DNA of 64,000 bases, from assembly GCF_964194025.1 (NCBI RefSeq), contig NC_134482.1:1240001-1304000 (forward strand), written 5' to 3'. Made by a program: the position numbers and the translations under genes. Positions 27,674 through 39,088 of this stretch are shown piece by piece (position 1 is the first letter of the stretch; every line of letters begins with the position of its first letter). Source of the DNA: Convolutriloba macropyga (lineage: Eukaryota). The notes beneath the pieces are model-generated. The model did no database searches. It was given only the letters and a program-made list of their open reading frames with translations, and was not told where the DNA came from.

Positions 27674-28086
27674 ACTTATCTAACTTAATATTACCCCTTG
27701 TTTTATGTACAGCCACCGTAATTTGCGACCTCTCTAGTCTAAAAACAATTTATTATCATTATTTTACCGCTTTATTGATGGCTCATATGACCCACAACTG
27801 TTCATTCAGTGTTTGAAGTAATGTTCCATGGGTGGCTGTTTTTGTTCATAGATGCAAAATATAATCTCACATTGAAGCGCCAGCTAGAATTTTAGGTAAA
27901 ATGTGAAGTGCGAAATGTGCATTTTCATTAACAAAGCAATCGAATTCCTTCTTGCTAAATTTTATTGCCATCAGCGTTCAGGTGAGCTATACAGCACCCA
28001 AAAAGGAAAGGGTTTGTTATCTTGTCAACAACACTTATTTTCTAACAATTGTTATCATATTTTATGTACGTTTTGGTTTTTTGCAG

Positions 28087-28358
28087 AAGTGTACGAGAGA
28101 CAGGACGACGGATCACGAGTATTCACTGAGAAGAAAGTGGAAACATGTTCTGACATTGACCCGAAGGACACCTGGCTCAAGTCAGTCATAGCTCTAGTCA
28201 TCATAGCCATAATCCTCACCTGTCTGTCTATTGTGGCCATTCTGGTCAGCTTGTGCTGGAACAGTCAGGCGGCTGCCAATGTTGCAGGCTGCTTTGCCCT
28301 GGCTGCTCTAGCTGTCTTAATCGTCAGTCTGGTCGTCTTCCTCTTCATGTTCTCGGAG
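28087..28358 (+). CDS. TMEM47/PERP-like gene, exon 3 (second loop Cys, TM2, TM3)
   Basis: ttgcag| acceptor, phase 1; EVYERQDDG...ETCSDIDPKDTWLKSVIALVIIAIILTCLSIVAILVSLCW...FLFMFSE; GAG|GTTAG donor. Confidence 0.92.
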
Positions 28359-29329
28359 GTTAGATAGTTCACGTCGAGAAGAAACATCTGGCAATCTAGA
28401 AGTACGCTTTGTATTTAAAAAATACATATGTGATCTTTTTCACATCGATTTCTTTTCAATACCATTTTTTCAGGGCTATTAATGGAATCTATTTTATTGC
28501 CATGCAAAGAGAAAAAAATGTATATTTTGTTTTGAAAGCCTGTTAAATCGATGTTTCCAGAGGTTAGATAGATAATTCCCGACGAAAATTTCAACTTTAG
28601 CTTTCAAACCTTAGCTATACAATGCGTCTGTCAATCGAATCGCCAAGGCGAATGGTTGTATTCTAAGATCTTTGATTATTTTGAAGAAAAAAAAACATTT
28701 GAATCTCAGATCTTGAAAAAAAAGCGTTGCACTGAAAAGATTCCTTGCTTAACTGATATTTCACTCGACAGTAATTTCTTAGCATCTGTTGCGGGTTTCG
28801 AGTTGCCAAAAAATTGTTCACAAAAGACTTATTCGCTTTGAGATTAGATTATTTGGTTGGCATTATAACGATCCTTTGTGTTTTCCTTCAAAATTAAAGT
28901 TTTAATTGATTTTGAACAAGATAACAAATTTCTGTTTGGAACAAGAGCGGATATTTCTGTTTCAAACAAGATCAGACAGTTCTGCTTAAAAGAAAATCGA
29001 AGTTTTCAATTACCAACTGTTTTCAACCGAGTGTTCGCAAATAAAGTGTTCGGTTGAAAACAGTTGGTTATTGTTCTATACTGTTATTGTGCATCCGTTT
29101 CCTTTTACATAAGAATTTTTTGTGACCCTATGTTATCAAAAACTATGGAATGAAAAAACTTAATGCTACGGTTCCCTAATTTTGATGATATCAATGAAAC
29201 ATTCCAAAAAACCCATTCAATCCCACCAACTATCTTACAATTATCAACAGAGTTATATGGATATCTTATACCTTGGATCACGCCGTGAACTTCAAATTTA
29301 TTACAATTAATAAAAATTAATTGAATACA

Positions 29330-31085
29330 AAGTCAAAAACGTGAACTGGAAATCAAAGCAACCAGTTACGGGAAACGGAAGGTAACAGAGCTTGGAAAAT
29401 ATGGATTACAAAGAAAAACTTCATAGTACTCGTGACACTCAACAAATCTGCAAGCAATTGAAAAGTCTGTGCAAAAACAAAAGCTTACCTAAAACAATGT
29501 TCAGCGATGGATGTTCAAGCATAAATTATCTCGATAAAGCCATGCTCAATGACTTCTTCCGTTCTGAATACTCTGAAGAGGAGAACTTTAAAATTGAAGA
29601 CATCACGCGTAATGAAGTATTTCTATCAAACTTCATTATATGAAAGCAAACAATTAATTTAAATTCTCAAAAACCCTGTGCACCAAGAAATAGAAGTAGA
29701 GTTCCCCCTGTCTCCTCTGAGCTAAAAGCCAATCAAAGGTGAATATTTTAACCAAAGTGTTTGATAAAATCAAACACGCCAGAAGATTTCCCGCTTAATG
29801 GAAAATTGCAGCAGTAACTCCATCCTGCAAAAAAAGGGGAATTTACATTTATAGGACATTCCCGATCAGTTTCATTATTATATATCGAAAGCAAAGCACT
29901 TGTGTCTACAGTCTACTACATAAACTCAGTAAAAAGTTTTTTTGGGGTTGATCAGTCGCAGCAAATATGCTCTCCTTATTGCAAAAAATTTATACTACCC
30001 TTACACAGATTTCTCAAAAGATTTTGATCGGGTCGGCAACTTTTCCATAAGCTGAGCAGTATTGGAATCGGAGCCTGCCATCTAGATGCACCCTGCAACC
30101 AGCTTGACGGCCGTCGCCAGTATGTCAGAGCTGACAACACGACCTCGAAATCTAATGACGAGTGGAGTCCCACAGGGTTCCATACTCGGTCCTTGGCTGT
30201 TCTGTGTCTTCATCAGTGATTGGTCTGCCCAAATTATTGGTGTTCTCTGATCCATACATCTTCGCAGACCAGATCTAATATTTTTTATTGGTAAACAACA
30301 TTGAGAAATCCAGCACAACCTCAATCAGTTGTGCATGGATCTTCTTCTGAGAGAACAGTGACAGTTTCTCACTGAACCACTCCACTAAAGATAGAAGCAG
30401 AGGTTTAAAGAGTTTAACATGATCAGCACACATGATCAAAGATTTAGCTTGGTCGCGACGACTACAGGAACGTGTGAAAAAGGCAAATAAAGTCTTCTAT
30501 TGTCTTAGAAGAAATCTTTTCCCCGCAAATAATAGCTTTTATTTAACGTGGTCTGGTCCTGTTCTGAATTATATAACAATCTCAAGAACCGATATCCATC
30601 AACTATAAAAACAGATGGAGGTCAATAATTTGTTGTCAGGAACGAAGTCAGACTATTCGAAACCGTTTGAGAATGCTGAAACTGATTCCTCTCAATGCAT
30701 ACTGAATTGATGAAACTGAAACTTTTTCACGTTGTTACTCAATAATGAAGAAACTGAAATTATGCTACCAGGAGGGCACGATCTGTATATAGAAACGCGG
30801 CATACTTTGAAAGGACCAAAACGAGAACCGAAAAATTGCACAATGAATTTTTCTATAAAATGAATAGAACAATAAACCGATTACAGAAGCACATCAGTTT
30901 TGGTCAACTGATTGGATAAAAATCGAGAATTCTAAAATTAATTTGGAAGTTTGTCAACGATAACTTTAAGGAAATTAACGTCTGTACATGACGTCTGCTA
31001 TGTGACTGACAAATATTCGGACAACGTTCTAGCCAATGTAATTTGTATCAAGACCCATCAGCGGAAGCGGCGAATAAACAACAAA
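29330..31085 (+). mobile_element. Decayed non-LTR retrotransposon (CR1/L2/Jockey-group-like) RT fragment
   Basis: YTDFSK.FDRV (~30000), SGVPQGSILGPWLFCVFISD (~30161) and IFAD (~30258); many stops; ends near aataaacaacaa. Confidence 0.85.
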
Positions 31086-31264
31086 TTGATGTCTTTTATA
31101 CTGATAATGCTTTGTGTAGCCTATTTGAGGAGTGAATATTCGTTATTTTGTATACTCAAGCATTATAATGGTGTAAAACATCAATTATGTAGGATGAAGG
31201 AAAGCAGTTCTGCTATTTTTACTATCAGATTATCGCATGAGATTCAGGATTGTTTTTATTTCAG

Positions 31265-31420
31265 GAGTTTGAGGACATAGATGTGCGACTGGACCCAGAG
31301 AGGGAGGATTACTACTCTCAGAAGAAGAAGTGGTACTTCGGGTGGGGACACGGGTGTGGGTGGGCTGCTGCCATCCTACTCTGTGGGGCTGCCTGCCTCT
31401 TCTTACTGTGCAAAGTTCAA
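31265..31420 (+). CDS. TMEM47/PERP-like gene, exon 4 (TM4)
   Basis: ttcag| acceptor, phase 0; EFEDID...WYFGWGHGCGWAAAILLCGAACLFLLCKVQ; |GTATGT donor. Confidence 0.92.
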
Positions 31421-31837
31421 GTATGTCAATTATTCTCTCTATGATTTTTGAAAGATAATTTTGAACTCCGTTTTGCACATTTTATCCGTAAACGATATAT
31501 AATTCGGATGATGATTTGTAATTTCATCATAGGCTCTTTCGCTTCTCAATTTGTTTTCGGCGTAAGAAATATTTAACTCTTTAGCGGTTTATGTTCACAT
31601 GGGTAAACCTAACGAAACGAATAGACTTTGTATATTTACTGCTTTGATTGGGAGTTCCGAAGCTTTGATTGGGACATTGTTCCTCAAAATTGGTACTCTA
31701 AAGCATATGTGTATATCAAAATCGGGCTTTATAGAGATAAATTTGGCGCTTATGTTCCATCTGTAATACAAAATTTGTAGAGCTTTTGCTCTCATTGCAT
31801 TAAAATTTAGCATGCATTAGTTTTGTTTGGTTTTCAG

Positions 31838-31930
31838 GACGAGATCTACGAAGCAGAGAAGACTTACAAAGTGGAGAAGAACAGAACCCAGCCAGCCGAT
31901 AGAGAAAGACACGCTACAAATGCCATGTAA
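31838..31930 (+). CDS. TMEM47/PERP-like gene, exon 5 (C-terminal tail and stop)
   Basis: ttttcag| acceptor; DEIYEAEKTYKVEKNRTQPADRERHATNAM*. The five exons sum to 753 nt (250 aa plus stop) with no frameshift. Confidence 0.88.
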   Translation, partial: DEIYEAEKTYKVEKNRTQPADRERHATNAM

Positions 31931-32972
31931 GACATCCATCCACCTTCGCCTCGTGCTCCGCAGTCCTCCCTAATCTAATCAACGCCCCAACACAATGCCC
32001 GCAACCCCATTCTGGCTCCCTCTCTTTATCTTCTACGCTCGTTGTTCTCATCGGAGACGCGTCTCGCTTCGTCATCTCACACTCCTGTATGAAATGGAGC
32101 AGAAAAGCAGTGAACTTGATTTCGAAGATAAAACTATCTTGCTTTCTAAGAACGTGATGTGATGTTGCGAAAGTTAAGTGCAAATTAATGTGTGTTATAT
32201 CGTTAAGTATTGTGCTAAATACAGAGCTCTTATATCCCAATTTGCGAGAGAGAGTTTGATGGCTTCCATAAAAGTTCTTTGCCGCGTTTCCTCAGATTAA
32301 TGCAAAATAATCATTTATAGCTTTCATACTCGCACGATGTTTGATTGCACCGCTTTCAAGTAAATTCTATGCTCCAGGAAAAATGTCAGTATAGTAATTA
32401 AAGGATCTCATCAAGGTCGAGAATAGATCTTTTTCGATCCGAAGAATTTGCTAATAAGCATTGTATGATGTCTTTAGTTTTTGGCTGCAGCTTGTAGCAA
32501 TTCAAATATTGCCACTCAAACATTTTATAAATCTAAATGAAAGATCTGAAAAAGCGCTGAGAAAGTGTCAAATTACATAGACATTGGATTGCTATTGATC
32601 TTAACTGTTAACTTTCAATTATTTTTGTACAGAATTTAATTTCATTTCAAATCACCGTGTGCTTTCACTTACTCAGAATCACAGTCACATTTTTTTGCCT
32701 GAGACTAACATATCACCAACCTACTTTAACTTATTTTTATCAATAATGTGCATATACTAATTTCGCCATTGTCTAATAATAACATTTTCATTTTATGAAT
32801 AATTTGTTATGTTTGATATTTGGGCCTTATTTTCTATTTGCCTGTTCTCTGCTCTTTTAGATTACAAAATTTGTAAATGATTTTAAATGAACTAACAATT
32901 GCCAATTTAATTGCTTTCCAAAATTTTTAATTTCCCCCAAACAAAGTTTGCAGCAATTATATTTATCATATT

Positions 32973-34645
32973 GTTAACAGCCGCGAAGCGATAGCTGGGG
33001 CTATTATTGGCCTTCTCTTGGTTTTTACAATTCAAAGAATTCGAATTGTATCGGGGCGCTGTCTTTTTTTAGTGTAACTCCAATTTTTTTCTGTCAAAGG
33101 TGTTTGTATCCTTTACGCAGACTAGTAATAGTGCGTTTGAAAGCGTTTTTGACCATCTGAATAAAAAATGATTCAATTTTGAGCTATTGCTACCATTTTG
33201 CAATGTACACTTTTTAGCAGTTTTTGTATCTTAAATTTTTGTAGCATTTGGGTAGTTCCGTGGTTCACATTAGATAATGACGTGGTTTTTGTTGACCTCC
33301 GGTATAATTGTTATTGATTGTGAGTTATTTTTTGTTTTGAAAAATAATTGAGGCAATTTAAGCAAATTTTGGCAGATATTTCTTTTTTTTAAATATTTTT
33401 GCTCATTTTAAGCTTCTGGCTATAGTTTTTGAACGCTCAATTTTTAGTTTGGAGCTATTTTATAGGTTTTCATCCTGAAAAGTTCCATTGAAGGACAGAG
33501 AGGGCTTTTTACAATGGGATAAGTAATATAAATTTAATTTTTTCGTGTTCCGTTTTTAGATTTTAAGTTGCTGAATAAGTGTTTGTCAGGTTGGATGGGT
33601 AAGTGCCTGAACAGAAGCAATAATAAATTTAATTTGCCAAATAATTGATGGGAAATAGCGTTTTGTGGAAAAATTTCTTCAAAAATGTTTTTGTCAAATA
33701 TTTTATTTCTACATGGTCCTTCAGTTTTGTTTACTTTCCACGGTTTTCTCCATTTGAACTTTTGTTTGTTCTGTGAATTGGCTGTCGTTTTTTGAATGAG
33801 ATTTAACTGTCGAAAGGTTTTTGCCGGTACTGGTTTTGGAGCTGCAATGTGCAATGAATTGTTTTATCAGATTCTTTAGCAGTTTTTGTCTGTTACTTTT
33901 CTATTCTTAGTTTGCCTGTTATTGTGTTAGTAAGGGTAGTCAGTTTTCTACTCCGAGTTGTTTCCGAAACGCTTCAGGCTGTGTTTTTCGAGATCTGGTA
34001 ACAAATTTTCATGATTTTTGAATTCAATTTGGAACGATTACTTAGGTCACGCCGAAATAGGTAGTGGAGCAATTTTGAAGTCAAAACTGTGTTGGAACCG
34101 TTTTTCAAAAAAGTGTGAAATTCGCTTTCTTGGTTTTGCTAATCCATTCATAGTCCATTCTAAGTCTAGTTTTTTTATTTAGTCAATGAAAATTAAATTA
34201 TAACATTAAATTTGTGTCCGGACTGTATCTGCTATGTTTTGGTAATTGGTGAAGATTTTCGTTACGACCATATGACGTTGCAGTAACTTCAAATCTGCTT
34301 TTGGTTCATTCGTTCATGCAATTTCAACAGAAGTACTTGCAAGATTTTTCACCTCTATTGGAGCGTTTTTTGTCCATTCGCGTGATTGTTGTTGGTACTT
34401 ACACGTGACTTACCTCACTCGCTTTTTCTTAATTCAAAGAAATATGGTTTTGTGAATGTGTGGTACTCTAATTTAAGGTTATGTGAGAGCAACTAATAGA
34501 AGTGGTAACAAGTTGAACAGTTTCGTATTCAAAATGTAACATCTCTGCATTTAATGAAAATGTGGTCTGTTTCTGTGACATTTTTTGACACTGCGATCTA
34601 CAAAGCTATTGCGGCTATTTTCTGGCAATCTGCCATCTATATTTT
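32973..34645 (+). mobile_element. HINE-like family D, long copy
   Basis: ttaacagccgcgaagcgatagctggggctatt start; gcggctattttctggcaatctgccatctatattt end. Confidence 0.7.
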
Positions 34646-35687
34646 CTTCATTTTGGTCACAACATTTTGATTATGAAAAATAAATTTTGCAAACTTTATA
34701 TGCCTTGGAAGGAAGCTGCCTACTGTATTAGCTCATATAGTATAATAGAACTTGGTAAAGTTTCTCGGCTAAATTCTTCAACAAAAGTAATGAATGAAAA
34801 ATGAGGTATAATTATAAACTTCAATACGTAGCCCATTCTGCGAGCTATGTTCTTCTGTAATGTTCACAAGATCGATTTGTCTGTTTCACTTGATCGATTT
34901 TTTGTCTTGTTTTTTTTACCTCAAAAACGGGCTGTACTGTTGAAGCTCGGAGCGCATTAGGTCGTTGAGCAGATCTACTAGCCTCTATGTGTAAAATTTA
35001 CCGAAGCTGCTGAGAAGAGTTTTAAATTGCTCTCGATCGAAGTTTGAAGCCATAAATGTAAACACTTAGGTCTTTTTTACGCAAATTTTTTGCTCAACCG
35101 TTTCTAATTGCCCTTAAACTAAGTTTGTTACAATTACATTAGTACCGTGGTCATTTTATGCAATTTTTAGAGCCCTACGCCTTACTAGTCTCTAATGTGA
35201 TTCATCAAAACTGTTTTGAGGAGAATGCTATAGGGTTTGAACGGCGTCCCTGACTGCACCCCCCTCCACTTCGCGCACACCCCGCTGCTAATTCTAGCAG
35301 CCCTAGCGCACTACCGAAGCCAATCGCTCGTTGGTTGTTTGGGAACAATTCTACTGACCTTAGTCGATTAAATTTGTGCTTTTGTTTTAAAAACATTTTT
35401 GTGTATTCTCAAATGACTTTTCAACTTTTGAGTAAATTCAATTGCTCACATTCCAAAATGAAGGTTGATGCTAATATAAAATCAATTGTGAGCGGTTTCT
35501 TATCAAAGCCGTTGTTTCTAAGTAGTTAGATCTTTAAGAGCTATGGTGGAGGTTTCGGGTTCGAACCCCTATGATGACCTAGTTTTTTGCAACCATAAAA
35601 AATTTCTGAGCTCTAAGCTGCACCCCTAAATAAGATTGTCCTCCACGCATGTTCGAGAGCAATTTATCCGCCTTATGTGAGTTTGTG

Positions 35688-37031
35688 TTTAATAGGTACC
35701 GTCAGCCTCTCAAAAGATGTTTTAGGCGCTCTCCTTTTTTCGAATCGAAGAGGAATGTTGGCGGAGCCGTTCCTTCCACCGGTAATTTTTTTTGGAGAAT
35801 TTTACAAGATATAAAAGTCAATACCGCATGTGCGAAGAAGGTGTTCAGGTCAAACTGCTGAGAAAATTGAAGAACTGAGTGAAGGGATAGTAGTTTTTTT
35901 GCTGTTGATCTCGTTTTCTTGAGAGAGCGAGAGCAGTAGATGTAAAAATATTTTCGCTAAGTGATTAAAATTTTCAAGATAAAATGCGGGTTTTTCAATG
36001 CAATTTTTTTAGTTTCAACTTTCCAGTCAAAGGTGCTTTTCTCAATGCTCTGAACTAGAAATAAAGATTTCAGAAGAATTGTTGATCTTCTGAAGCAATT
36101 ATTACACTTCAATATTCATTTGTTCAGGCTTTTTTGCAATGTGCCTTGTTTTAAGCTTTAAACTGCTTTTATAATGGTGGGCAAGTTGGATTTTAGTTTT
36201 TTTAGAGATTTTTGTCAGAAAGTTTGATAGAGACTTCTACTATTTTTGGTTTTCTTTTCTTCGTCATCTTCTTTTTCCCCTGCCCCGTTTGTCTTTTTGA
36301 ACCCCATTTTGTTAGATGTTATGTCAATTAGCGATACTTTGTTGCAAACTACTTGTTTTATAATATCTTCTACCTGCTTTATTTTGGAGTTTGAATTTTT
36401 GTATTTTTAAATTCTTAATAAATTATCAGATAATTTCCTCATGCTTTTTTCGGTTATTGTTTAGAAATGTTTGATAAAATTACATAGGATTCGCAATATT
36501 ACAGCGAGAATTGTCAATTTTCTACTTTGAATTGTTTCCGGAGTTCTTTCGGTTCTGTTTTTTCGCTTTACCTTACAATCACATCTTTCGTTTTAGATAA
36601 TTCCCGGTCTTCACGTATGACCTGACTTACCTCCCTTTTTCGTCCGAAAAGATTTTAATTTTCATCCCATTGAGTTACAAAACGTAATGAATACAATCAA
36701 TGTCAAAAGAGCAAAATCAGAAGAAACGGAATAATGCGTTAAAGACCGGTCCATAAGTCATAATGTCAGGTTATCCAAGTTCATTAAAGCGATTGCTAGC
36801 TGGCATTAGTGTTAAGTTTTATAGCCTTCAGTTTAGAACCTGAGTATAGCCTTCAGTTTAGAAGCTGAGCTTTAGGATTATAACTGAAGCCGCTCATCAA
36901 ATTAGAATACTTTTGACATTGAAATTTATCCTGTCAACTCTATCTCTATCTCTTTCTTCTTCTGTTTCGAACCCGATGTGCGTCCAGCGCGCCAGCGGCG
37001 GCTATTTTCCGACAATTTGCAGGCTATATTT
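35688..37031 (+). mobile_element. HINE-like family C, long copy
   Basis: 5' ccgtcagcctctcaa and 3' ggcggctattttccgacaatttgcaggctatattt; 36700-37031 aligns with 18330-18656. Confidence 0.7.
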
Positions 37032-38800
37032 GTAGAGTTCAGTTTGCTGGGGAGATTTGACCCCCTCCCAGCCCCAGCGCACCCCCCCCCCCACGCCCAA
37101 CCCTCATCTCAATAATTTCAACCTTATCTCAGCACGCTCAATCTCCTCAATAAATACGACCTCCACCCTCTTGTTTTTTGAATTAAGGTGGCCGTAGAGA
37201 CTTTCATTCGCGGGTCGCAAAATATTTCTCACGGAAAGGGACATTTTTTAAAATTATTTTATGTTTATTTATGTTTCTGTTTTGTAATCGTTTTCTGCCG
37301 TAAGAGTTCCCATCAACTAATTCTTAATTGCAGTCAAATGTTTTTGCAGCATGCATTCGGTTGGTGTTTTTATTTGTATTTTTGGCTCGAGAGTTTTACT
37401 CTTCCTTGCAAAGAGGACATCAACAGTATCTCTGCTTTCTAAGAGTTCACTCCTTAAATGTCCGCGGGCTTCATCAGTTTACCCGTTTCTCTGGGCGAAA
37501 TGTCAAATCAATCGAAGCCATGAGTATTATTGCGCCTTTTTTTTTCTCGTCTGAGTGTGCGTTCTCTAGAAGCTTTTAAAAAAGCGCCGCTGTTCATCGA
37601 TCTTGTAAGCCGCTTTTTTGCCTGATTCCTCGCATATTTCTCTTCCACCTTGTACAATGAGGCTATCATGCCTTGAATAAAGCCAGGACGACATCAGTCA
37701 TTTGAGATCAACACGTATAACGATAGACAGTTGTGTTGTTTTTTTTTTCGCTGCAATCTTTTTCAAATTATAGTTCTAATACATGCTTGATTGCTATCGG
37801 AATATGCAGTTTCTTACTGTGAACTGGAAAAAGAGTGTTTTTGAAAATATGTAATTTTTGACAAATGGGCCATAAAGTTTTCATTTTATCCATACGTCTT
37901 TAATTATTTTCACTCGAAAAATGTTAATTATTATTTGAGGGAAGTTTGAAAAGTACCTAGAACCCAAAGTTTCTAGAAAAGATGCTGCTGTCCGCAGCTA
38001 TAGCTAGCTTCTTTTCTTTCAATTCAATAGAGCTGGGAGTGAAAGTTAATTGGAAATGTGCTTTATCGGTGTTCTCGAAAATCTGTTAATTTTGCTCTAT
38101 GAAGCTGGTAAGACTTATTGCCATATGAGAAGTTTTCAATTTTTCCCATTCCCTTCTTGATGAGAGAGATTAAAAGAGAATTACGCCAGCACGCCTTAAT
38201 GGTTGTTAAAATTTGGTACTGATTTTCAACTCGTACGAGATCTTCGTGGGGTGAGCCATATTTTTGCAAAAGAAAGCGCATGAAAGGGGACCTTTTCATT
38301 TGGAGGAACAAAAATTGTCATAACTAATTTTACAATTGAAAGTTTATCGTTAATTTAACTGCCAATTTTGAGATTCTCTCTTTAGTTTATCTTATGTGGC
38401 ACTACAAAAAATCCAATGCCAATGCAACCAATATGCCAAAAAACCCACAATATACCCAATATTAAACCCCCATGTTAAAACGATCAGAACAAACGTTTGG
38501 CGTAATAACCCCTATGTGAAAAAAATTGTTGATCAGTTTGTTCATTAAAAATTTCGAAAGTAAGATTAAAGCATTTGCTGCTATGCCTCGTGGGGCATGG
38601 CCATGTCTCAACGGCCCAGGTGACGTGATGATAACCTATCACAACTAAAAAAATGAGCAAGAATGATTAAATTACGCACAGCCAATGCGTGTTTAATATA
38701 ATTAACAACCGAATAATTAAAGACCTCTTTCGATTTACTGTCCGAAATTGTCTGCCTCAAAACATGCTGGCTATACCAACTTTTAATTGGTGATGGGATT

Positions 38801-38948
38801 TGTTTTAAAACATTTTTCTAGTAAACTCTTTCAATATCAGAGCACGTCTAAGTTTCAAGTTGCTGGACAAAAGAGTCAATGTTGTTGCAATTTGGGCGGT
38901 TTTTTCTGAATCATCATATTCTTGAAGGTTGCAATAACATTGGCAACA
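38801..38948 (-). repeat. 3' LTR of the BEL/Pao element
   Basis: Roughly 85% similar by eye to 61754-61905; TG...CA ends; TSD adjacent. Confidence 0.85.
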
Positions 38949-39088
38949 TGCTGCAAGGCACAAAGGAGCATGTCCCTGAAAACGGTAAGCTGTAATTTCG
39001 TCAACATCATCAGTGCCTCAAATTGCGGGGAGGGGGGGGGGAACTCACGTTGCCTAAAACGAAAGCGAGAAAAATCGATTTAAAAAAA

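Noticed and set aside
27903-28367. 154-aa ORF as a stand-alone membrane protein gene
   Set aside because: Only 28087-28358 is coding (exon 3); the upstream part is intron.
35508-35580. tRNA gene
   Set aside because: A B-box is present but I cannot fold a convincing cloverleaf; treated as tRNA-derived.
37188-38311. Cluster of short ORFs
   Set aside because: No motifs or consistent splice structure; lengths compatible with chance.
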